From a virus (taxonomy: Duplodnaviria > Caudoviricetes), in IMG/VR virus record IMGVR_UViG_3300037295_000016, positions 1 through 31,438 of that record: a stretch of 31,438 nucleotides of DNA, one strand, 5' to 3'. Both the position numbers and the translations under genes were made by a program. Position 1 is the first letter of the stretch. Each line of letters opens with the position of its first letter. Below the pieces are notes generated by a model, which worked only from the letters and a program-made list of their open reading frames with translations, was not told where the DNA came from and made no database searches. Below are positions 19,229 through 27,545 of the stretch, piece by piece.

Positions 19229-19689
19229 ACCTAAGTGACGATAAATGGACAAAACGATACTTAAGTCTTGCACTGAGTGTATCGTCATGGAGCATTGACC
19301 CGTCACGTAAAATCGGAGCCGTAGCAGTATCTGAAAAGGGTCAGGTACTTGCTACAGGCTACAACGGTTTTCCTCGCGGTATGTTAGATAAACCAGAACG
19401 TTATGAAAACAGAGAAGTAAAATATAAGTTCATTGTTCATGCCGAAATGAACTGCATATATAATGCTACATATAACGGTATATCATTAGACGGCGCAACA
19501 ATGTATGTGTATGGTTTGCCAGTTTGTTCAGAATGTGCCAAAGGGATTGTTCAAGTTGGTATTAAGCGTGTCATATATACATTAGGCGATAACAAAGCAG
19601 AAGTTGCTGATATATGGAAAGAATCGTTATTACATACTGAACAAATATTTTCAGAATGTAGTATACAAATAACCCGATATGTGTTATAA
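19225..19689 (+). CDS. cd: dCMP deaminase
   Basis: GAV, GYNGFP, HAEMN, PVCSECAK zinc-binding motifs. Confidence 0.92.
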   Translation: MNLSDDKWTKRYLSLALSVSSWSIDPSRKIGAVAVSEKGQVLATGYNGFPRGMLDKPERYENREVKYKFIVHAEMNCIYNATYNGISLDGATMYVYGLPVCSECAKGIVQVGIKRVIYTLGDNKAEVADIWKESLLHTEQIFSECSIQITRYVL

Positions 19690-19690
19690 T
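19662..19690 (+). promoter_or_regulatory. Sigma70-like promoter for the sugar-nucleotide/glycosyltransferase genes
   Basis: TATACA-17 nt-TATAAT with TGTGT extension. Confidence 0.6.
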
Positions 19691-19713
19691 AGATAATACG
19701 CTATAAGGTAAAT

Positions 19714-21216
19714 ATGATAAACTTAGTTATTCCTGCGGCTGGTGCCGCTACTCGTTTAAGACCTCTGTCAAATAATACATCAAAAGCAATGGTTCGTGTC
19801 AACGGTAAGCCTTGTATTGATTATATTATTGAACGTGCAACTGCTCTGACAAATGTGGCGCAGATTGTTATTGTTGATGGCAAGCTTGATGACATTCGAG
19901 AATACTGTGCTAAGCGTCACCCTACCGTAACTATTGTTAAGCAAGAACAACTTAACGGTCCCAGAGATGCAATTTCTATTGGAATAGGTGCTCTTAATGA
20001 TCCGACATTACCTTTAGTCGTATGGTTAGGCGATGCAATTATTCTTGATGATAACCTACCACTAGGTACTGATTTTTTATTATGTAAAGAAGTACAAGAC
20101 CAGTCGGCATGGTGTATGTGGGATCGTTCTATCGGGTATTTTAATAAACCTTCAAGGTCTATTGATGATACGGTTGCTCTTGTAGGGTTATATTCGTTTA
20201 GCAATGGTGACTGTGCTGCCAGAGCATTTAGGTCTCATTCGTCTGATATATCAGGCGCACTAATCGATTATTCTTATATAACAACATTGGCATTTCAGTG
20301 TGTTATGGCTAATGACTGGTATGACATTGGTGATTTACCATCATACTATAAAACATGTGCAGCATTGTTAAAATTAAAGACACGCGCATTCCATACTATT
20401 GAGTACGATAGTGAGCTGAATACTTTATGTAAAATGCCAGACTATCATGACATTAACTCAATAAATCAAAACAAGAATGAAAAGCATTGGTATAGCAAAC
20501 TGAATCAACAGCAACGAATGTTTGTTCCACGTATTCTTAAGCATCCAACTGATTTGATTATGTCATATGAATCTGGTGTGCTATTGTCTGACTTAATGTT
20601 GTATGAAAATTTACCTGAATCATTTTGGGAATATCTAATTGACAAGGTCTTTAATGTTAAGCTAAAGTATTTCAACCAAAGATCTAACTGTTCAGAATAT
20701 AACAATAGTTTCAATGTTAATGCAGAAATAATGTGGGTCTATAAAACTAGCAGTAGGTTAGCTGGTCTTAACATACCAAACGGTTTTTCCCTTGATAAAA
20801 TTGCTAGACAAGTTTATAAAGAAACGTGTCCTCGTATGGGAGTTCATGGTGATTTACATTTTGGCAATATCTTGTATGATCAGTATTCAGATCGTATAAC
20901 ATTGATTGATCCACGCGGTACTTATGGTAATATAGCTGGTACTTATGGCGATGACTTATATGACTGGTGTAAATTATCACATGACTTATATCATGGCTAT
21001 AATGCAATGGTTGCTGGTGTGGAACAAAATATGATTGTGAAAAAGGTATTTGCACGCAAGCTTAAAGAGTATAACCTACCAGTTGAACTCATTATTGAAG
21101 GCGGTCTTTTGTTGTTAGCAACTTGCATACCATTACACTATGATAATAAACCTAGGCAAGAACGCTTTCTTAGCTATGTAAATGAGTATCTTAAACATGA
21201 AAACTATAGTCTTTGA
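19714..21216 (+). CDS. Sugar-phosphate nucleotidyltransferase fused to an APH/choline-kinase-like phosphotransferase
   Basis: N-terminal IPAAGAATRLRPL...KAMV, WLGD, WYDIG. C-terminal HGDLHFGNIL, IDPRG, GDDLYDWCKL. Confidence 0.85.
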   Translation: MINLVIPAAGAATRLRPLSNNTSKAMVRVNGKPCIDYIIERATALTNVAQIVIVDGKLDDIREYCAKRHPTVTIVKQEQLNGPRDAISIGIGALNDPTLPLVVWLGDAIILDDNLPLGTDFLLCKEVQDQSAWCMWDRSIGYFNKPSRSIDDTVALVGLYSFSNGDCAARAFRSHSSDISGALIDYSYITTLAFQCVMANDWYDIGDLPSYYKTCAALLKLKTRAFHTIEYDSELNTLCKMPDYHDINSINQNKNEKHWYSKLNQQQRMFVPRILKHPTDLIMSYESGVLLSDLMLYENLPESFWEYLIDKVFNVKLKYFNQRSNCSEYNNSFNVNAEIMWVYKTSSRLAGLNIPNGFSLDKIARQVYKETCPRMGVHGDLHFGNILYDQYSDRITLIDPRGTYGNIAGTYGDDLYDWCKLSHDLYHGYNAMVAGVEQNMIVKKVFARKLKEYNLPVELIIEGGLLLLATCIPLHYDNKPRQERFLSYVNEYLKHENYSL

Positions 21217-21553
21217 TCTTGATGATACGATCTGCTTTCCAGATCATTCTGCTAAAACTAGTTATGAGAAGTATGGCCTAGCCAAGCCTAATACTGAAGT
21301 CATAAAAGAAATGCAAAAATTACATGAAATGAACTATCATATTATTATTTGTTCTGCTAGACGTATGGTAACTCATTCAGGCGATGTCAAAAAAATAGTA
21401 GCAGATATTGGTGATATAACTATTAATTGGTTAGCAGAACACTTCGTGCAGTATGATGAGATTCAGTATGGCAAACCTTATTCTGATACATATTATGTCG
21501 ATGATAAGGGAATGAATCTACAAGATTTTATAAAATGGACAAGATCACTATGA
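21197..21553 (+). CDS. Small capless HAD phosphatase (BcbF/EcbF-like)
   Basis: FDLDDT, SARR, GKP, YVDDK. Confidence 0.85.
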   Translation: MKTIVFDLDDTICFPDHSAKTSYEKYGLAKPNTEVIKEMQKLHEMNYHIIICSARRMVTHSGDVKKIVADIGDITINWLAEHFVQYDEIQYGKPYSDTYYVDDKGMNLQDFIKWTRSL

Positions 21554-22800
21554 ACATAGCGGTAGGCAAGGTCGGTAAATCAATTTTATTTGATTCGTCA
21601 AAGTGGGGTGCAATTGGCGGAGATAATGAGGCACCAGCTCTATATGAAACACTATTCCATAAAAATCCGCATATCAATTTTTATTTAGTTGGTGTGTCTG
21701 ATTATGTTAGACTTGATAAACACGAGCGTAACCGTATCAACAAACATGGTAATGTAATCGATATATGGGAAAAGTTTGTTGAATGGAGAACGGCTACTGG
21801 TTCAGAAGGTGCTAAAGATCGACTATCATATTTGGCTCATATATTTGAATCATTACCTAAAATGGACTATGGTGTGTTTATTGCAGGGCCAACCGGTACT
21901 TCAAATGTATTAGGTAAGGCGCGTAATGTTATGACACCAGATAAGATGGCCCAGCCGATAGATATGTTATCTAAATATGCTGGGCCTATTATCGATTTTA
22001 TCAATATCACAGACTTTCCTTATGTACTAGTCTCTAATGATCCAAGGTACTTTCCAACTAATGCTCGTGACTGGTATCGACTACCTAATAAGGTGTTATC
22101 ACAATATACTGAAACCATACAACAGCGGACATGGAAAAATTATGACGAAGCAGTCATGAAAACTGAAACTGTCGAATGTTTGTATTCTGCTATGGAAACG
22201 CTGTTCCTAATCAATAAGACTACTGGGTCTGCAATAGTAGAAAAGGCTGCTTCTCTTGATTCATTTTTTGAAGTAGAAGATTCTGTAGTGGCAGCAGGTA
22301 CTAAAGATATTAAGTTTATGATTGTATGTAATGAAGGCGCTCCGTCTCGTTATAAAGATCTAAAGAAATATATTCTTGACTATGTAGAAGATGTCGATGT
22401 GTATGGTAAATGGAATCCTGATACGATTGGCGAAGACATTAGATTTAAAGGCCCTAAAAAGTTTAATGATCTGCAGGCAATGTTACCGCGAGTTAAATAT
22501 ACATTCTGTATTCCTATCAAGAAAGGTTGGGTAACTGCAAAGTTTTGGGAAATGGCTCATTATGGTATTATTCCATTCTTACATCCAACATATGACCAAC
22601 AGAACAATCTTAAGTGCCCAGAATTTTTACGTATCAGTAGTTCACAAGACTTATACAAAAAGATTGAGTTTCTAGAAAAGAATCCAGATGCATATGATAC
22701 GCTGGTAAATAACATTAAGAATATGATAAAACCAGAATATTATTCTGGAGACCATATTAACAATATTATCATGAACGCTTACAAGGAAATCACAGAATGA
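21550..22800 (+). CDS. Putative GT-B DNA glycosyltransferase
   Basis: GGDNE, NDPRY, DVYGKW, WVTAKFWEM..YGIIPF. ATGA-coupled to the HAD gene. Occupies the T4 beta-gt position between gp42 and uvsX. Confidence 0.65.
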   Translation: MNIAVGKVGKSILFDSSKWGAIGGDNEAPALYETLFHKNPHINFYLVGVSDYVRLDKHERNRINKHGNVIDIWEKFVEWRTATGSEGAKDRLSYLAHIFESLPKMDYGVFIAGPTGTSNVLGKARNVMTPDKMAQPIDMLSKYAGPIIDFINITDFPYVLVSNDPRYFPTNARDWYRLPNKVLSQYTETIQQRTWKNYDEAVMKTETVECLYSAMETLFLINKTTGSAIVEKAASLDSFFEVEDSVVAAGTKDIKFMIVCNEGAPSRYKDLKKYILDYVEDVDVYGKWNPDTIGEDIRFKGPKKFNDLQAMLPRVKYTFCIPIKKGWVTAKFWEMAHYGIIPFLHPTYDQQNNLKCPEFLRISSSQDLYKKIEFLEKNPDAYDTLVNNIKNMIKPEYYSGDHINNIIMNAYKEITE

Positions 22801-24080
22801 CACAATCACTAACAAGAGAGACAATTACATATGGAACAATCGTACCATTAGTAGGTGGAGAAGTAATTGGAACAATGAAGGCTATGAATGATCGTCTACC
22901 AGAATGGGTACTATCATATACGCCATTTGCTGGAAATGATTCTCACTTTGTTAATTATCTTCGTGATGTTAAAAAATGGGACAAGGAATACGTATTACTA
23001 GATGCACCTGGTAACGAAAATTATGTTCCAACTAAACAAGTCGATGTTGTTATGACCACTTGCCCTTGTGCCGGTTTATCTAGTTTATCAACGACATCTA
23101 ATGCAGACTCTAATGTTAATGAATGGATGTATACTACTACAGAATATGTTCTAGGCTCAATTAAACCTAAAGTCTTTTGGGGAGAGAATGCTCCTCGTCT
23201 ATTTACTACCGCTGGTAAGAAAGTTGCAGATAAACTTCAAGAGATTGGTAAGAAATACGGTTATGTACTTAATCTATATTATACTGAATCACGTCTGCAT
23301 GGTCTGGCACAGAAACGTCCTCGTACCTTTTACTTCTTTACTAAAGGCGAAGAAAATCCAGTCTTTAAATATTACCGCCGCGATACAGAACCAGTAGAAG
23401 ATATCTTAAAGATGGAGATGCGTGCAGATGATCCAATGAATGTACTAATTAATGAAGAGAAACCAATGCTTAATCCATGGATTGCTTATTGTGTTCATAA
23501 GTCAGGCGCATCTAATATTTTAGAGTATTACAACACACTAGAAAAATCTACTAACTGTATTGTTCAGTCAGACCGTATTTCTGGTAGCCTTCATGAAGTA
23601 GCAGACTGGATGGACGAGAATAACTTTAAGACAAAGTTTGGTGAACGTGCTCGTGCTATGCAAGGTAAAGTTGATTCAGGTAAAGGCTACTGGGCACATG
23701 GCGTAACGGTACCTAAAGGTATTATCCCATCATTAGTTGGTGCTCTTCCATATTCATTAGTCAATCCATTTAAAGACCAATATTTAACACTGCGTGATTG
23801 CTTGCGCATTATGAAAATGCCAGAAGACTTCAACTTGATTGGCGAACGACCAGTTACTTCATCTAATGTAATTTGTCAAAATGTACCAGTCACGACAGCA
23901 GCCGACATGATGGAAAACGTAATCGAATATCTTACTGGTAATACTGATACGATTAAAACAGACCTGCTAAAACAATCTAATGCATCAATGACATATACTA
24001 CGGCTGATGATGATAAAGTTAGTAATACAATGGCACTAGATGAATTTTTTAGTTTACAGAAACTTAATTCTGTGTTATAA
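22797..24080 (+). CDS. C5-cytosine DNA methyltransferase-like protein
   Basis: Motifs IV TCPCAGLS, VI GENAP, VIII AQKRPR, IX LTLRDCLRIM..P, X QNVP. Motif I is divergent (IVPLVGG). Confidence 0.8.
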   Translation: MTQSLTRETITYGTIVPLVGGEVIGTMKAMNDRLPEWVLSYTPFAGNDSHFVNYLRDVKKWDKEYVLLDAPGNENYVPTKQVDVVMTTCPCAGLSSLSTTSNADSNVNEWMYTTTEYVLGSIKPKVFWGENAPRLFTTAGKKVADKLQEIGKKYGYVLNLYYTESRLHGLAQKRPRTFYFFTKGEENPVFKYYRRDTEPVEDILKMEMRADDPMNVLINEEKPMLNPWIAYCVHKSGASNILEYYNTLEKSTNCIVQSDRISGSLHEVADWMDENNFKTKFGERARAMQGKVDSGKGYWAHGVTVPKGIIPSLVGALPYSLVNPFKDQYLTLRDCLRIMKMPEDFNLIGERPVTSSNVICQNVPVTTAADMMENVIEYLTGNTDTIKTDLLKQSNASMTYTTADDDKVSNTMALDEFFSLQKLNSVL

Positions 24081-24081
24081 T
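24053..24081 (+). promoter_or_regulatory. Sigma70-like promoter for uvsX
   Basis: TTTACA-17 nt-TATAAT with TGTGT extension. Confidence 0.75.
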
Positions 24082-24107
24082 AATAAATCAAACAAGGAGT
24101 ATATGAT

Positions 24108-25187
24108 ATGTCATCTGTAATGGATAAACTTAGAAAGAATTCTCGTATTAAAGAAACGTCAATTCTTGCTACATCAAAATTCTTTTCTGATAAAGATATG
24201 GTATCGACCGATGTACCAATGGTCAATGTTGCTTTGTCTGGTTCAATTGATGGTGGTCTGACCCCAGGGTTGACTGTTCTTGCTGGACCTTCGAAACATT
24301 TTAAAACTAACTTTGCGTTATTGATGGCCGCAGCATATTTGAAAAAATATCCTGAAGCTATCATGATGTTCTATGATTCTGAATTTGGTTCACCAGCTTC
24401 ATACTTTGAATCGTTTGGTATTGATACTACTAGAGTATTACATACGCCTATTGTTGATGTCGAACATTTAAAGTTTGATGTTGTTAATCAACTAGAAGCA
24501 ATTGAGCGTGGAGATAAAGTTATTGTTGTAATCGATTCTGTTGGTAACTTGGCATCAAAGAAAGAACTAGAAGATGCAATCAATGAAAAATCAGTTGCAG
24601 ATATGTCTCGTGCAAAAGCGCTTAAAGGTTTGTTCCGTATGGTAACGCCTTACCTTGCAATGAAAAACATTCCTATGATTGCTATTAATCATACTTATCA
24701 AGAAATTGGTTTGTTTCCAAAGGCGATTGTGTCAGGAGGCACGGGCATATATTATTCGGCATCGAACATTTGGATTATGGGTCGACAACAAGAAAAGACT
24801 GGTACTGAAGTTACTGGTTATAACTTTGTTATCAATATTGAAAAATCTCGTTATGTTAAAGAAAAGTCAAAGATTCCAATTGCAGTTTCATGGACTGGTG
24901 GTATTGAGCGCTATTCTGGTTTACTTGATGTTGCTCTTGATGGCGGTTATGTTGGTAAACCATCTAACGGTTGGTATTGTCGTATTGACCGCGAGACTGG
25001 AGAATTAATGCAACCTAAGGTACGTGAAAAAGAAACATTGAATAAAACGTTTTGGGAACCGATCTTCAGCAATACTGACTTTGCTAACTTCATTAAAGAA
25101 AAGTATACTATTGGTCATCGAGCAATGCTAGGAGACCAAAATGAAGTTGCTGAATCATATGACGATGATGAGGAAGAAGCAGCATGA
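24108..25187 (+). CDS. uvsX: RecA-like recombinase
   Basis: AGPSKHFKT, FYDSEFG, IDSVGNLASKKE, SGGTG. Confidence 0.97.
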   Translation: MSSVMDKLRKNSRIKETSILATSKFFSDKDMVSTDVPMVNVALSGSIDGGLTPGLTVLAGPSKHFKTNFALLMAAAYLKKYPEAIMMFYDSEFGSPASYFESFGIDTTRVLHTPIVDVEHLKFDVVNQLEAIERGDKVIVVIDSVGNLASKKELEDAINEKSVADMSRAKALKGLFRMVTPYLAMKNIPMIAINHTYQEIGLFPKAIVSGGTGIYYSASNIWIMGRQQEKTGTEVTGYNFVINIEKSRYVKEKSKIPIAVSWTGGIERYSGLLDVALDGGYVGKPSNGWYCRIDRETGELMQPKVREKETLNKTFWEPIFSNTDFANFIKEKYTIGHRAMLGDQNEVAESYDDDEEEAA

Positions 25188-25537
25188 CAAAACCTGTAAT
25201 TGATTCGACCCACTATAAGTTTGTTGAAAAGGATGGCCAAGAAACTTCCTATGTCAAACTTATTGGCGAGAACGAATGGAATGGCACAGTATTTCAATAT
25301 GGCAAACTAAAAGTAAATGTAGATGCCGAAAGCGATAATGAATATGCTACCCTTTCATTTAACTATAACATTATTGAATCACCTTTACGCGAGGATATGC
25401 TACAAGAAGATACAAACTTTAAAAATTATATTGGCGACGTATTACAACATATTATATCATCGGCACTAGACAGTGGAGAATATCGAATTGGACCAGAAAA
25501 TACAGACAACGGTACTGAGGAACTTGATAAGCAATGA
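25184..25537 (+). CDS. Probable head vertex assembly chaperone (gp40-like)
   Basis: Located between uvsX and gp41 as in T4; QYGK...LSFNYNI...FKNYIGDVL pattern. Confidence 0.55.
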   Translation: MTKPVIDSTHYKFVEKDGQETSYVKLIGENEWNGTVFQYGKLKVNVDAESDNEYATLSFNYNIIESPLREDMLQEDTNFKNYIGDVLQHIISSALDSGEYRIGPENTDNGTEELDKQ

Positions 25538-26864
25538 AGAATACACTCGTAAGGTTATACCGTTTTTAAAACGAGAATATTTTGAAGGTGCTCATGCTAT
25601 CCTCTTTAATGAGATCATTTCATTTGTCAATAAGTATAATAACTTGCCAACATTTGAGGCTCTGGGTATTGAACTATCTTCAAATGATAAGTCTAGTGAC
25701 CAACAGCTTACCGAGGCAGCCGAAGTCCTTAATGCTATTTCTGAAATAACTCCTGAGTCTGATTTAATATGGTTATATGATCGAACAGAGCAATGGTGTC
25801 AAGACCGAGCAATATATCTTGCAATCATGGAATCTATCAACATCATTGATGGTAAGCATGAGACTCTTACTAAGAATGCATTGCCTGAACTCTTGACATC
25901 TGCTCTGGCAGTTACTTTTGATGCTAATGTCGGTCATGACTACATCAATGATGCAGATTCTCGTTATGAGTTTTATCATAAGACTGAGTCACGTATTCCA
26001 TTTGATCTTGACTATATGAATCAGATTACCAAAGGTGGTCTGCCAAACAAGACATTGAATATTGCTCTGGCGTCTACTGGTGTAGGTAAGTCTCTGTTTA
26101 TGTGTCACCTAGCGGCATCTGCTCTGTCACAATGTAAGAATGTACTTTATATTACATTGGAAATGTCAGAGGAACGTATTGCAGAACGTATTGATGCAAA
26201 CTTAATGAATGTACCCATTGACCAGTTAGATAAAATGTCGCGTGATATGTTTGAATCGAAGATTGATAAGATCGTCAAAAAGAATGTAGGTAAGCTTATC
26301 ATTAAAGAATATCCTACTGGTTCTGCTCATGTAGGCCACTTCCGAGCTCTATTGAACGAACTAAAGCTAAAGAAAAACTTTGTGCCACAAATAATTATGA
26401 TTGACTATTTGAATATTTGTGCATCATCACGTATGAAAGGCATGGGCGGGGCAATCAATTCATATTCGTATATTAAGTCTATTGCAGAAGAAGTACGCGG
26501 TCTGGCAGTAGAGTTTGATTTACCAATCGTAACTGCTACACAGTCAAACCGTGATGGCTTTGGTAATTCTGATGTTGACCTAAACAATACAAGTGATTGC
26601 ATTTATGTTGGTGAGTCAGTGTGTCTTAAGGATAATACTGTTAAACAAATTGGAGATGTTGTCCCAGGTGATCAAATTACTTCTCAAGATGAATTTAAAA
26701 CAACAATGTTTGTTCATCATAAAAAGCCTAAAGAATGCGTAAAGATTACACTAAAATCTGGAAAGACAATCATCGTTTCTCGTGATCATGTATTTCCTTC
26801 TAATAATGGCAGACGTTGTATTAATTCTGGTCTTAGCATAGGTGATAGGTTACATAGCAAATGA
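25473..26864 (+). CDS. gp41: Replicative helicase, N-terminal part, fused to split intein N-fragment
   Basis: Walker A ASTGVGKS, YITLEM, IKEYPT, IDYLNI, TATQ. From Cys at 26598 an 88-aa Hint N-fragment follows (CIY...block B SRDH). Confidence 0.95.
   Translation: MENIELDQKIQTTVLRNLISNEEYTRKVIPFLKREYFEGAHAILFNEIISFVNKYNNLPTFEALGIELSSNDKSSDQQLTEAAEVLNAISEITPESDLIWLYDRTEQWCQDRAIYLAIMESINIIDGKHETLTKNALPELLTSALAVTFDANVGHDYINDADSRYEFYHKTESRIPFDLDYMNQITKGGLPNKTLNIALASTGVGKSLFMCHLAASALSQCKNVLYITLEMSEERIAERIDANLMNVPIDQLDKMSRDMFESKIDKIVKKNVGKLIIKEYPTGSAHVGHFRALLNELKLKKNFVPQIIMIDYLNICASSRMKGMGGAINSYSYIKSIAEEVRGLAVEFDLPIVTATQSNRDGFGNSDVDLNNTSDCIYVGESVCLKDNTVKQIGDVVPGDQITSQDEFKTTMFVHHKKPKECVKITLKSGKTIIVSRDHVFPSNNGRRCINSGLSIGDRLHSK
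26598..26864 (+). mobile_element. Split intein N-fragment (88 aa)
   Basis: Starts at Cys1 after NNTSD. Contains KQIGDVVPGD, KITLKSGKTIIVSRDHVF and GLSIGD, then a stop codon. Confidence 0.9.
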
Positions 26865-26980
26865 TTAAATCTGCTGTTGCTGGAATGGATTATAATATTG
26901 TATGGTCTGATGATAACTTATCTAATAGGTTAGAAGAACTTAAAATATTAATTAAGGAAAAATGGAATGGAAGAGTTTAA
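26861..26980 (+). pseudogene. 39-aa ORF, probable remnant of a Vsr-like homing endonuclease
   Basis: MIKSAVAGMDYNIVWSDDNLSNRLEELKILIKEKWNGRV. ATGA overlap with the gp41-N stop; overlaps the gp41-C start. Confidence 0.45.
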
Positions 26981-27545
26981 TAATGTTGCTAACGAAACTA
27001 TAGCAATGAACTGCTTTAATAAAGCTGTCATGTTAGTTGAAGCTGGCATGGTTAAGTTAACTGACGAAATGGATATATTCCAGTTCACTGACGTATTGAT
27101 AAAGCTTGAAGAAGAAAAAATATATAAAAACACAAACAGTGATTCAATGATTTCTTATGATGACGAAATTGTTTCTATTGAAGATGTTGGCGTATTAGAT
27201 ACAATTGATATATCTGTTAGCGGTGATAACTTATTTTATTGTAATGGGATTCTTACAAAAAATAGCTTTGGTGTACCTGCTACTGCCGATTTGATGATTG
27301 CACTAATATCAACAGAAGATCTTGAAAAGATGGGTCAAATTATGATTAAGCAACTTAAGAATCGATATAACGATATAAACCTACATAAACGATTTGTTGT
27401 TGGTATTGACCGTGCAAAGATGAAATTATATGATGTCGAACAATCGGCTCAGACTTTAGTTAAAGACATACCAGTATTTGATAGTTCAAAAATGGGCTCG
27501 CGTATGAAAAGCGAAGGTAAATCATTTCAAGGATTTAAAGTATGA
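26967..27545 (+). CDS. gp41: Split intein C-fragment fused to helicase C-terminal part
   Basis: DEIVSIEDVG...TIDISVSGDNLFYCNGILTKN (ends 27263), followed by SFGVPATAD...KQLKNRY...RFVVGIDRAKMKLYDVEQ. SD AAGGA upstream. Confidence 0.93.
   Translation: MEEFNNVANETIAMNCFNKAVMLVEAGMVKLTDEMDIFQFTDVLIKLEEEKIYKNTNSDSMISYDDEIVSIEDVGVLDTIDISVSGDNLFYCNGILTKNSFGVPATADLMIALISTEDLEKMGQIMIKQLKNRYNDINLHKRFVVGIDRAKMKLYDVEQSAQTLVKDIPVFDSSKMGSRMKSEGKSFQGFKV

Noticed and set aside
26891-26896. TATAAT in the intein spacer as an internal promoter for gp41-C
   Set aside because: No -35 at the proper spacing and no TG extension.
26862-26966. Stop-codon reassignment, readthrough or a sequencing error joining the gp41 halves
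   Set aside because: Three different in-frame stops intervene, and all three stop types terminate normal genes elsewhere in the window.
26864-26967. Group I intron in gp41
   Set aside because: The spacer is only about 100 nt with no P/Q/R/S elements, and intein motifs explain the break.
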